Origin: Blastocatellia bacterium
Lineage (GTDB): Bacteria; Acidobacteriota; Blastocatellia; UBA7656
Length of the DNA: 64,000 nt
Direction: 5' to 3'
NCBI GenBank assembly: GCA_963765495.1
Contig: CAVXWP010000007.1
Location: 384,001 to 448,000 of the forward strand
A model generated the notes under the pieces. The model did not search any database and was not told the DNA's origin. It worked only from the letters and a program-made list of their open reading frames with translations. How positions within the stretch are numbered: the stretch's first letter is position 1; each line of letters begins with the position of its first letter. A program made the translations under genes and the position numbers. Of this stretch, positions 19,157-30,000 are shown piece by piece.

Positions 19157-20329
19157 ATGATTAAGCCCGGGCTTGAAGCACTTTTTGAATCCCGCCTGAA
19201 CCTGCTCGAAGGTTTGCGTGTCGGTCTGATAGCAAACCCGGCTTCAATCAACAGGGGGTTCGAGCACGCGGCCGATCTGTTTCACAAAGATGAGCGAATC
19301 AACCTCACCGCACTCTTTGGCCCGCAGCACGGCATTCGCGGCGAAACTCAAGACAACATGATCGAGTGGCAGACGTTTCGAGATGAACGAACGGGCCTGC
19401 GTGCTTATTCGCTCTACGGCAAAACGCGCAAACCTTTACCCGAAATGCTCGATGATTTGGACGCGCTCGTCTTCGATGTTCAGGACGTGGGCACACGGGT
19501 CTATACATTCATCTATACGATGGCGCTCGCGATGGAAGCGGCCCGCGAGTGCGGCAAGAAATTCGTGGTCCTCGACCGGCCCAACCCCGTAGGCGGCCTG
19601 CTGATCGAAGGCAATCTGCACGAGTCTGAATTCAGTTCATTTGTAGGCATGTACCCGATACCGATGCGTCACGCGATGACAGCCGGTGAACTTGCATTGA
19701 TGTTTAACCACGAATTCGGCGCAGATTGCGGGCTTGAAGTCGTGAAAATGCAAGGTTGGCGGCGCTCAATGTGGTTTGATGAGACCGGCCTGCCGTGGGT
19801 AATGCCTTCGCCGAATATGCCTACCATTGACACGGCGTCAGTCTACCCGGGAAGCGTGATGTTTGAGGGGACAAACCTGTCGGAAGGACGCGGCACTACC
19901 CGCCCATTTGAAATCATAGGTGCGCCCTTCATCAAGCCGCGCGCCTTGATTGAAGAGTTGAAGAATTTTCGCTTGCCCGGCGTAGTGTTTCGCCCGCTTC
20001 ATTTTCAGCCGACCTTTCATAAATTCGCGGGTTTGTTGTGCGGCGGCATCCAGATTCACGTCACCGACCGTCGGCTGTTCAAACCCGTCATCACAGCCGT
20101 AGCGATTATCAATTCTGTCAGGCGGCTCTACGCTGATGATTTTGCGTGGAAAGAGCCTCCCTATGAATACGTTTATGACAAACTGCCCTTTGATGTAATA
20201 GCGGGGAGCGCCCGCCTGCGTGAGCAGATAGAGGCGGGGCTCACTCCATCTGACATCGAAGCCGGATGGGGTGAGGACCTCGAAATATTCCGCGAACAGC
20301 GCAAACGGTATCTGCTATACGAGGATTGA
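19157..20329 (+). CDS. namZ: Exo-beta-N-acetylmuramidase NamZ (DUF1343/YbbC)
   Basis: [46 protein letters not shown]. Confidence 0.9.
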   Translation: MIKPGLEALFESRLNLLEGLRVGLIANPASINRGFEHAADLFHKDERINLTALFGPQHGIRGETQDNMIEWQTFRDERTGLRAYSLYGKTRKPLPEMLDDLDALVFDVQDVGTRVYTFIYTMALAMEAARECGKKFVVLDRPNPVGGLLIEGNLHESEFSSFVGMYPIPMRHAMTAGELALMFNHEFGADCGLEVVKMQGWRRSMWFDETGLPWVMPSPNMPTIDTASVYPGSVMFEGTNLSEGRGTTRPFEIIGAPFIKPRALIEELKNFRLPGVVFRPLHFQPTFHKFAGLLCGGIQIHVTDRRLFKPVITAVAIINSVRRLYADDFAWKEPPYEYVYDKLPFDVIAGSARLREQIEAGLTPSDIEAGWGEDLEIFREQRKRYLLYED

Positions 20330-20407
20330 GAGCGGCGGCGCGTTTGTTGGTATTCTCCTCCACACACTATAATTGAATGACAGCGGGTAAGAGAGAGGCG
20401 GTGAAGG

Positions 20408-20989
20408 ATGGAAACATTGGATGAGCTTTTAGAGCGCGCCGAGCAATCTCACGGGCACATGTGCGCAGGTCAGGTGCTCGGGGTGAGAATGGCTATGCTT
20501 GGGTGCCGCGCCGTAGGCATCCACGATCCGCGCGGCGCAGACCGGAAGAAACTTCTTGTCTTTGTCGAGATAGACCGTTGCGCTGCCGATGCCATACATA
20601 CGGTCACCGGCTGTCGGCTCGGCAAGCGCACGCTAAAATATTTTGATTACGGCAAACTGGCCGCCACATTCCTGAACACGAAGACCAACGAAGCCATTCG
20701 CGTAGCGGCATTTGATACCTCCCGCGAAGCGGCTGACCTCGCTTTCCCAGAAATCGAAAACCGATACGAACGGCAACTGCAAGCCTACAAGATATTTCCC
20801 GATGAAGAGTTATTCAAAGTGGAACGCGTAAGCGTAACTTTGGAGGAACAGGATCAGCCGGGGAGGCCCATTTCGCGGGTATTTTGCGACGACTGCGGCG
20901 AAGGCATAAACGACCGCCGCGAGGTCACGCGCGATGGTCGAACTTTGTGCCGGGCCTGCGCGGGCGAAGCTTACTTCAAACGAATTTAA
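20408..20989 (+). CDS. FmdE-family protein with C-terminal zinc finger
   Basis: [30 protein letters not shown]...CRAC. Confidence 0.9.
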   Translation: METLDELLERAEQSHGHMCAGQVLGVRMAMLGCRAVGIHDPRGADRKKLLVFVEIDRCAADAIHTVTGCRLGKRTLKYFDYGKLAATFLNTKTNEAIRVAAFDTSREAADLAFPEIENRYERQLQAYKIFPDEELFKVERVSVTLEEQDQPGRPISRVFCDDCGEGINDRREVTRDGRTLCRACAGEAYFKRI

Positions 20990-21125
20990 TCAGCGCAGGA
21001 TTACAAATTGAATAAATCACAAGTTGAATAAATCAGACGACCTGCCTTTCATGATCAGATCCGCGAAAATCCGCCGCATCCGCGTCATCCGCGGCCTATT
21101 TCAATTTCGCTATTTTATATACTGG

Positions 21126-22463
21126 CTACAAAATCTGTTTGTGAATGAATTTCCTGGCATCCGGCCCGGTGTAGGCTTCAACCGTTTGCCCGCTGCCCGC
21201 GAGTTTGTACTTATAGGTCACAAGCCCTTCAAGCCCAACCGGGCCGCGCGGGTGTAGCTTGCCTGTGCTGATTCCTACCTCGGCCCCGAACCCGTAGCGA
21301 TAGCCATCGGCAAATCTCGTAGACGCATTCAAGTAAACCCCGGCCGAATTCACTTCGGCAAAGAATCGCTCGAATGCCAGGTCGTCTTCGGTGATGATTG
21401 CATCCGTGTGGTGTGAGCCATAAATGTTGATGTGCTCGATAGCTTCTTCTATGCCGTCAACTACCTTGATAGCCAGAATCAAATCGCTGTACTCCGCGCC
21501 CCAATCCTCTTCACTGGCCCTCGCGTTACCGGCAACGCCAAACTCATCCGACGCTCGATCATCGCATCTCACCTCGACGCCCTTTGCCTGGAGCTCGGCG
21601 ACAATGCGAGGCAGAAAAGCGCTCGCCACCTCCCGGTTTACCAGAAGCGTTTCGACCGCATTGCAGGCAGCCGGATACTGTACCTTTGCGTCAATCGTTA
21701 TCTCGACGGCCTTTTCAAGATCGGCCTCGCGGTCAACATAGATGTGACAAATCCCTTCGGCGTGCCCGAGCACGGGTATCGAAGTGTTCTCCTGAACGTA
21801 ACGCACCAGCGCGTTTGAACCTCGCGGGATTATCAAATCTACAAAGCCCTCGGCCTTGAGCAGCGCCGTCACATCCTCGCGGCTTTCAAGCAGGACAAAC
21901 GCGTCTCGGGGGATGCCTGCCGCGACGGTTGCCGAGTGAATGCAATCGAAAAGCGCGCGATTGGAATTGCGGGCCTCGCGACCGCCCTTGAGCAATACTG
22001 CGTTGCCGCTCTTGAGCGCAAGCGCCGCGATTTGAGTGAGCGCGTCGGGGCGCGATTCGAACACCACGCCGATAACTCCTATGGGGCAGTTGACGCGATA
22101 GAGCCGCAGCCCCGCATCCAGCTCGGTCGCAAGAGTCACCCGGCCTACCGGATCATCGAGCGCCGCCACCTGCTCGATGCCCGATGTAATGTCGCGCAGT
22201 TTAGCCTGATCGAGTTTCAGCCGACGGTAGAGAGTGTCGGCCATCTCGCCCGATTCGACCAGTGGCCGCGCTCGATCAAGATCACGACTGTTTGCGGCCA
22301 GAATCTCTTCCGCACGTTCTTTGACTCGCAGGGCTATCGCTTTGAGCGCCCGATTTTTCTCTTCGGTAGTGAGCCGGGCGAGTTTACCCGAAGCCTTTCT
22401 GGCTGCCTTCGCGGCTTCGATCACCGATTGCGTGTTTGCGGTTTCAAGTCTTGATTTCATCAT
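21126..22463 (-). CDS. proA: Gamma-glutamyl phosphate reductase
   Basis: PIGVIGVVFESRPD, LKGG.EA, IIPRG, ACNAVETLL, NASTRFADG, GISTGKLHPRGPVGL. Confidence 0.97.
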   Translation of the reverse strand: MMKSRLETANTQSVIEAAKAARKASGKLARLTTEEKNRALKAIALRVKERAEEILAANSRDLDRARPLVESGEMADTLYRRLKLDQAKLRDITSGIEQVAALDDPVGRVTLATELDAGLRLYRVNCPIGVIGVVFESRPDALTQIAALALKSGNAVLLKGGREARNSNRALFDCIHSATVAAGIPRDAFVLLESREDVTALLKAEGFVDLIIPRGSNALVRYVQENTSIPVLGHAEGICHIYVDREADLEKAVEITIDAKVQYPAACNAVETLLVNREVASAFLPRIVAELQAKGVEVRCDDRASDEFGVAGNARASEEDWGAEYSDLILAIKVVDGIEEAIEHINIYGSHHTDAIITEDDLAFERFFAEVNSAGVYLNASTRFADGYRYGFGAEVGISTGKLHPRGPVGLEGLVTYKYKLAGSGQTVEAYTGPDARKFIHKQIL

Positions 22464-23656
22464 CCGTGCCTGTCGAGAAAAGCTATGTTGTCGCGTGTGA
22501 TGAGCGCGTCGTAACCGGGTTGCTCGATCAACTCTTCGATCTTGTCTGAACGCTTTCCAGTAATCCTGCGCGCCTCTTCGCTCGAATAATTCACCATGCC
22601 GCGAGCAAACTCTCTCTCTTCTTCATCGAGCAAACTCACAACGTCGCCGCGAGCGAATTGTCCCCGGACTTCGAGCACGCCTGCCGCCAGCAGACTTGCC
22701 TTGCGGTCTTTGAGGGCGCGTCGCGCGCCTTCGTTCAAAACGAGAGCCGCCTTTACGGTCGTGGCGAATGCTATCCAACGCCTGCGCCCGCGCAATCCCG
22801 CCTGCGGCAAAAAGATCGTTCCCACCCGTTCACCCGCAAAGATGCGCTCCAAAACGGCAGGTTCCTTGCCGCTCGCGATTATTGCCGCGCAGCCTGATCG
22901 CGTAGCGATCTGCGCCGCCTCAAGCTTTGTCTTCATCCCGCCGCGCCCGGGCTTTGCGCCTTTGCCGTAGCGATCCTGGGCAAGCGCTTCTATTTCCGGC
23001 GTGACCTCTTCGACCACGTGAATGAGTTTTGGTTCTCGCCCCTTGCCGGGCGCGGAAGTGTAGAGCCCTTCGACATCCGTGAGCATCACAAGCAGATCGG
23101 CTTCGACCTTGTTTGCTACGAGAGCCGACAGCTTATCGTTGTCGCCAAAGTTCACCTTGCGATAAGAGGTCTCGCCTTCGGTTTCGATTTCGGCGGTCGA
23201 GACGGGATCGTTTTCGTTGATTACAGGAAGCGTGCCAAGCTCGAATAATTTCAGAATGGCGCTCCGCAGATTCAGGTAGCGGCGGCGGTTTGAGAAATCC
23301 TCTTCGGTCAAAAGCAATTGCGCCACGGTTATGCCGAACCGCTCGAACCCGTCTGAATAGAGGGCCATCAGTCGGCTCTGGCCTACGGCGGCGCATGCCT
23401 GCTTGAGCGGCAGAAGCTCAGGCCGCAGGCCAACATTCAAACGCTCCGCGCCAAGCCCCACCGCGCCCGAAGAGACAAGCAGGACTTCGCGCCCTGATTG
23501 CTTGAGATCGGCTATCGCTTCCACAAACGAGTAGAAGCGACTGAGCGCAAGCCCGCCTCTCTCTTTCATCAAAACTGCCGTGCCCAGTTTGATTACTATC
23601 CGCCGCGCCTGAGCGATGACGGGGAAGTGTTCTGTAATTGATGAGCCGGATTTCAT
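22460..23656 (-). CDS. proB: Glutamate 5-kinase with PUA domain
   Basis: IKLGT, VSSGAV, INENDPV, FGDNDKLSA, GGMKTKL; alternative TTG start 23698. Confidence 0.97.
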   Translation of the reverse strand: MKSGSSITEHFPVIAQARRIVIKLGTAVLMKERGGLALSRFYSFVEAIADLKQSGREVLLVSSGAVGLGAERLNVGLRPELLPLKQACAAVGQSRLMALYSDGFERFGITVAQLLLTEEDFSNRRRYLNLRSAILKLFELGTLPVINENDPVSTAEIETEGETSYRKVNFGDNDKLSALVANKVEADLLVMLTDVEGLYTSAPGKGREPKLIHVVEEVTPEIEALAQDRYGKGAKPGRGGMKTKLEAAQIATRSGCAAIIASGKEPAVLERIFAGERVGTIFLPQAGLRGRRRWIAFATTVKAALVLNEGARRALKDRKASLLAAGVLEVRGQFARGDVVSLLDEEEREFARGMVNYSSEEARRITGKRSDKIEELIEQPGYDALITRDNIAFLDRHG

Positions 23657-23694
23657 AACAGACGAAAGCCCTCTATTCCAATCCAATAGCTCTT

Positions 23695-23904
23695 TCAAGC
23701 CTGCGCGCCCTTATGCACCAGATTGCACGCGGCGCAGTTCTCGCACTCGACGATCTTTTCTTCTTCTTCGGGGTCGTAAAAAATCGTGCACGCATCCTCT
23801 TTGCAACTGCCGCAGGTCCATCGGACCGCTGGCAACTCGCCGTGAATGAGCTTGATTACTTCGCCTTCGACCTCATATTCATAATCGCCCGATTCCACAA
23901 TCAT
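23695..23904 (-). CDS. Small acidic zinc-ribbon protein (69 aa)
   Basis: GGAG RBS; CGSC...CENC pairs; stop overlaps the TTG of the proB ORF. Confidence 0.7.
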   Translation of the reverse strand: MIVESGDYEYEVEGEVIKLIHGELPAVRWTCGSCKEDACTIFYDPEEEEKIVECENCAACNLVHKGAQA

Positions 23905-23970
23905 TGCACAATCTCCCTCGCGCGATTATAACGGCTCGCGCCTGAATTATGCGAGATGTGCGAAAAAAAA

Positions 23971-24036
23971 TTAGACAGGGTTAACAAGATTCAACAAGAT
24001 TTTTTTAATCCTGTTGAGCCTGTTAATCCTGTCTAA
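23971..24036. repeat. Inverted nonamer-type element (ACARGATT. / AATCCTGT)
   Basis: ttagacagggttaacaagattcaacaagatt ... aatcctgttgagcctgttaatcctgtctaa. Confidence 0.8.
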
Positions 24037-24063
24037 AATGCCCGCTGATTATGCCGCGTCCGT

Positions 24064-27000
24064 TTATCTGAGTCTCATGCTTGGATCGCCAAACAGAATA
24101 TACGACAATCGCACATCGGGATCAGCGACTGCGGCTTTTGCCCTCCGGGCGGCCTCGCCAAGCGTAATCGGCTGCCGCGTCATACTGTCGCTTGAAAAGA
24201 TCAGCCTCAACATCTCTCGATTTGCTGCCGCCTGTGATTCCGCCCCGGTCTCACCCGATGAAGCCCAGACGGCCACTGCGCCTCCGTGCTCCGCTTTCAT
24301 CAATGATTCGGCCAGAGAGTCTACCGACGGGTCCTGAAAATAGCCGTTCAGACAGGTCATATCCAGAAACATCGCCAGATTATTCTGATTCACAAGCAGG
24401 CGCGCATCGGTTGATTCGAGCAGATTTCCCCGCCACAGATTCACCGACCCATGCCCGAGATAATTGACGACAGTCTGTCCTTGATTGATTCCATCCAGCA
24501 ACATTCCTTTGGCCGTTTGAGGGTCCAGCCCTGATCGCTTGATCTCCTGAACCCGCAGGTAAGAGGGCAACATAGCGCGCAGCCCGGAACTGGCACCCTC
24601 GAAATCGAATACATCGTTTGAGTCGGCTACGAGCAGGGCTGATCGAGATGACCCGCTCCTTTCATAGGCGATGATCTTGCCTGCCATCAGCGCCGCTTCA
24701 TCGGATGTGCGCGCGGGCAATCGGCCTACGCTCAAATCCGCCAGCCCGTCGTTGTTAAAGTCGGCCAGCCAGTCGTCGGACGCCGTTTCCAGGAATTCCG
24801 TATCTATCAACTTCGACGGCACAAGGTCCCAGTTCCCGTATCCCAGATAGTTTCTCGCGTCGAAACTGGCGTCTGCGGCAAACATCACAAAGCGCGGTTT
24901 TCTCTTCCAGTTTGTCGAAGCAAAGGCGAGGAAATCCTTTATCGCCTGTGGCGTCTTGTGCCCGTAGCTGAACTCATCGTAAACATCCTCTATGTCAACC
25001 AGAGCCACCACCAGCTTCTGACTTTGTCTCAACGTTTTGAGCGGTTCAAGACTGGCAAAGAATTCCCGGCGGGTGATGATGATGAAGTCGGCTCCGTTTG
25101 ACGCCTTTTTCCAGTTCGACGGCTGATTGGCCGTGATGGCGGCTGGGGACTCAACCCGGTCTTCCGCGATTGCCAGTAAAGTTCGCACTGATGAGCCGGG
25201 CGCTCTAAGCGATATCGAGTAGCCGTCAATCGCTTTTTGAATCGCCGCGCTCAGCGCCTGTGGCGCGTTCGGGTCGGTGATGTCAACAACGCGAATCTGT
25301 GAATTGCTAAACCCGCTTATGGTCACGCTCTGATTGCCCTGCGCCGTAAATCTGAGCGCGTCATCTTCGGCCTTGTATGTGTGCGAGTAGGTGAGGCGAA
25401 CATAATCAACAAGGCTCACGTCGCCCGCGTCTGATTGAGATATTAACGACACTTCGTTGTGACCCTCGGAAAGCATCCCGGCAGAAAGTTGGAACCTCGC
25501 TATTTCGTGCGCTCTGCCGTTGAACGACATTACGCCGACTACGGCTCCATTGACCGTAACACTGACCTGATGAGGCAACAGCGTGACGCCCTGGACCGCG
25601 ACCTCCAACACGGCCGATGCGGACGTATCAAGGCGCTGCAAGACAAGCGATTGATCGACAGGCTGGCTCGCAGTTATGACCGGCCCGAAGAAGTTTTCCT
25701 GCTCTCCGTTTTTCAGAGAAGAGAAGTAGATAGTCCTGTCCCTGCGCTCGATGGTGTAAGAGAAACTGCCCGAACCAACCGGCTTGACCGAGCCTTCGAG
25801 CGTAGCGATTCTATCGCCGAATTGAGAGCCGCCCACCAGCCAGTAAACGCGAGTATCGGTTGCCGGTGTATCGAGCCCCTGACCATAAAACTCTACCGTG
25901 TCGGACGGATCAAATCTGGCGTCCTCCTGTCCCTGTACGATGATCGGCAGTTGACGTCCGTCAACGAATAGCTGGAGTAAACGCGGATCAACATTTGGAT
26001 CAAGACCCGCTCGAACGAGGTCAGGCTGAGTGAGCCTGTACCAGCCTTCGTGATTGACACTCAGTTTTATGGCCGACCCGGAAGCCAGCCCGGATTGAAT
26101 CGAATAATCTTTCGCCCCCAAAACATTGGCGCTTGATTCAACCTGTCGCGACAGCCCCACAAGAGGCCGGGCCTCTCCGAGCGTACTGAGGAAAGCGGCC
26201 TGACTTCGCTCCGGCGGACGTTCGTCACCCGTCTTAACAGGCGCGAGGGGGCCGTGAAGCGAGCGTTTGCCGTTGATGTCAATGTCTTCCAGATAATAGA
26301 GCGCGTCCTGTTTACTATCAGGGGAATTATCCCACCACGAATAAACGCGCCCGGCTGTCAGGGGTGGCGACCCTATCACAAGAGCAGACCCGGCAAGCAT
26401 CTCAGGTGTTACCCTCGTCATCTGTCCCCCCTGCTGACGATAGATGTTGAAGCCGAGATTATCTGCCTCAAATCCGGTCTGCCACAGGAGATATACGCCC
26501 TTGTCATAGCCGGTCGCGGTGAACGCATCTACCTTCGCCGCCGTTGGAGTGCTGACGGTGAAGTTGCCGTTTGTAGTCGTGGTGGTGACGGCAGGTGGGC
26601 CGCTCCCAAATTCCGTGAAGAACCAGTTGAGCCCGCTCATCTGTCCCTGTGTCCCTACCACATCGAACCTCAATATTATCAGCGTCTGCTGCCCTGTGAA
26701 TATCAGCGGATTCTGGAAATCCACTACCAACCGCAGCCTCCCGGACACCCCCGTGTTCTCTGTGACGACCCCGGTCGATGAGACCGTCCCTGTCGTGTTG
26801 AATGAGGGCGAATGTGGAACCAGCACGCTGGGATCGAAACTGATCTCGATTGTGTAGCCCAAAACGAAATCGCCGTTTGTGAGAGTGCCGTTAACCATGA
26901 CCGGGATAGAGACATCAGTAGAACCGGGAGGAGCAACGACACTGGGCAAAGAGAGGGCAAGGTTAGTGGCCGAAGGAGCCTGACTCTTCTGAAATGAAGC

Positions 27001-30000
27001 AGGATCAGGAGCAGCGGGAGTCCAGTTGCCGTCAACATCTCCGATCAGCAAGGCATCGTAATCCTGGTTTGTTTGATTTGAAACAAGCGAGGGATAACTC
27101 CTAGAGGCGGGAGAGAATTTCCAGGAGCCGGTGATGCCAGTGGTAGAAAGTTGAGCGACAAATCTGCGAAGGAAGCCAATGTCCTGGCCGCCGAGCGAGC
27201 CGTTGTTATCTGTATCGCCAGCGATGGATTGGCAGGGAGTGGGGGTATCGATGCCGGCGGCGAGGCGGCGGAGGATACCGATATCCTGAGCGGAGATGCC
27301 GGAGACGGCACCGGTTTTGGAAGGAGCAACGGTGTAAGGGCCAGTGCCGAGGTCATCGAGTTGATAGAAGCCGGAGGCGTTAGTAGAGGTGGAAGCGGAA
27401 GGGGAACCGCTGGTAGTCTGGACGGTGGCGTTGGGGACTTTCTTTGAGTTGTCGATGCAATAAGAGATCGTCCCTGATATTGAGTTAGCGACCTCCGGGC
27501 TTTCGACCTCAATTATCGTAATGGCCGTGTTGTCGCTCAGTTTTCCACGAGAGTCTGTGACTCTCAATTTCGCTCCGTACTCTCCCGCCGCATCGTATGT
27601 GTGCGAGATCGTAGGCGAGGCCTGAGTCACAGGCGCGCTGCCGTCACCGAAATCGAATGTGTAAGAGAGAACCGTATCGCACATATCGGAATCGCTTGAA
27701 GCCGAGCCGTCGAAATTCACCATCAGCGGCGCGGTCCCTGTCGTCGGCGTGGCAAGCATGCTGGCGATTGGCGCGGTGTTTGGCTGGCAGGAACGATTGC
27801 CCACCAGCGTATAACCTCCACTGGCTGTCGAATCAATGGTCGCAAGCAATACTCCGATTGTCTGCTGTGTTATTGCGTTGACATTGCCGAAAGTATCGCC
27901 CGGCGCGGGCGGGGGCAATGTGGCCGGAGGTGGAGTCAGATTGAATGTCAGCTTGCTGTTGGAAACGACTATGGTTATCGTGCCGTCGGCCGAGAAAGTG
28001 CTTTCGGGGTCGGCATCGCCGTCCGTTGTAAGCTGCCGCACGCCACCCGTCCCGATCATGGTGTGACCATACTTGAATGTGACGCCAGTCGGGTTGCCGG
28101 TGTCATCCGAATTCATGCTGACGAAGTATTCGGTCCCGCTTGCCCGGCTGAAAAAGATCGTCCAGCGAGCTTGCGGCGGAACGACAGACAGGTCAGCCAC
28201 TTTCATCGTGAAGACAAGCTGATTTGTGCACTTATTCAGAAACGGCTCGCCGATGGATATCTGTCGAATATCGAGTTGAGGCGTGGCGGGGTCGCCCGTT
28301 TGATCGCCTGCCGGATCGGTGGTTATCAGTATTCCGGGCAGGCTGCACGCATCGGGCGCGGGTGGCGCGGCCGTAACCTCTACCTCTCCGCAAAACACGC
28401 CTTCGCCTATGCTGTTCATAGCCGTTACGCGATAAAAATATTGCGTATTCGGATTAGCCGTAGCGTCGAGGTATCTCGGAGCGGACGGGTTGATTGAGGC
28501 GAGGAATGTCTCGCCTCCGCTGGTCGTTCCCCGATAAATTTTATAAGCCGTGAGCGGCGAGCCGCCGCTGTCAGGCTCATCCCACTGCACGGTAACTCCC
28601 TGGTTGTCTCTGGTGGCAGAGATGAGACGGGGCGCGGGTGGCGCAGCAGGCTCTACGGGATCAAAGGCCGCAAACAATCGACGCCCGCCCGATTGCCTTA
28701 TGATAGTCGCTTTCGAACTTCGGGAAGATGATGACGGGGAAGGCGGGTCCTGTAAGCATGCAGGCGATACGCAGCCATCGGCATAAGCCGCAAGCACACG
28801 CCCTTCTTTGTCAACCGCGATGTCATTGAAATCGAGCAGGTTGCGGTCATCGCCGCAGGTAGTCCCGCTCGTGCAGATCGAGCCTATCTGCACGGGGTCT
28901 GAGGGCGTGGCATCAACCAGAAAATACGAGTTGCCGCGATCATAAGTCGTGGCGATGTAGAAATGCCAGATGCCATGAAAATTATCCGCGTCCTGATAGT
29001 TGCCGCCCGTTGGCGTGCCTACGAATCCGAAGGCCGCGCGGTCCCCGTCACCTGCGACCGCTTCCGGGAATACGCAGTTTTGAATGAAACCGCCGCCCAC
29101 GTCCCTGTCTAACCATGTCTGCCCGCGATCTGTTGAACGCGCCATGTGCGGATGCCCGTCGCCGTTTTGATACCCGAAGTAGAGAGTGTTGTCTGAGCCT
29201 ATGCCCACGGAAGGGTCGGTGTCGCCCGGCGTGCTGCCCGGTACGGTTCGAATCGTCCATGTCAACCCGTTATCGGTAGAGACGGCTACGCCCTGCTCAC
29301 CGCTGCATCCCTTGTTAGGCACATACACGGTTCCATCGGGCGCTACCTTTACGTGACCGTGCAGACCGCCGCACTGCACAAGGCTCCACATGGGAACGCC
29401 TGCGCCAAAGGTCAATCCGCCGTCATCGCTGCGCGCAGCAAAGGCGGTGGCGGCATCCTGTGAAGCGTAATAAACCGCGTTGGGCGAGAGCGGATGAGGG
29501 GGCGGAGGCGGGGTGGCCGATTCGTTATAAGGACCGCCGCCTACCGTTTGATGATCTACGCCGGCGGGTACTCCCGCTCCTTGAGACGGCAACCACGTCT
29601 CTCCGTCATCGTCGGAGAAGGCGAGTATGCTGCCTGCCCCGGTCAACTGAGATTGAAAGACCCGGCCCGTTTGATGATCCACAAATCCGATTGGGTCGAG
29701 TCCGCCCACGCTTGTCTGCGGGCTGGTTTTGTCTTCCCAGAGCGCCCCCGCCGGTGATGAACAATCGTCAAAGCTCACACGCAATTCATTGACGTTAGCC
29801 GTAAAGAATGCGACGCCGCCCGTATTGACCGTGCCGTGTTTCAGGCTCGGCAGATTCGGATTCCAGTCAACGCCGATGGAAGGCTCGCCCGCTTCGTTCC
29901 CAAGCCCGGTCGGGTCGGGATAGTTCTTGTATCGGGGCGCGATTCCGGGCGGGGGAGGCGGAAGCTGTGGTAGCGGTTCGAGGCTGATCGTCCCGGTGAA

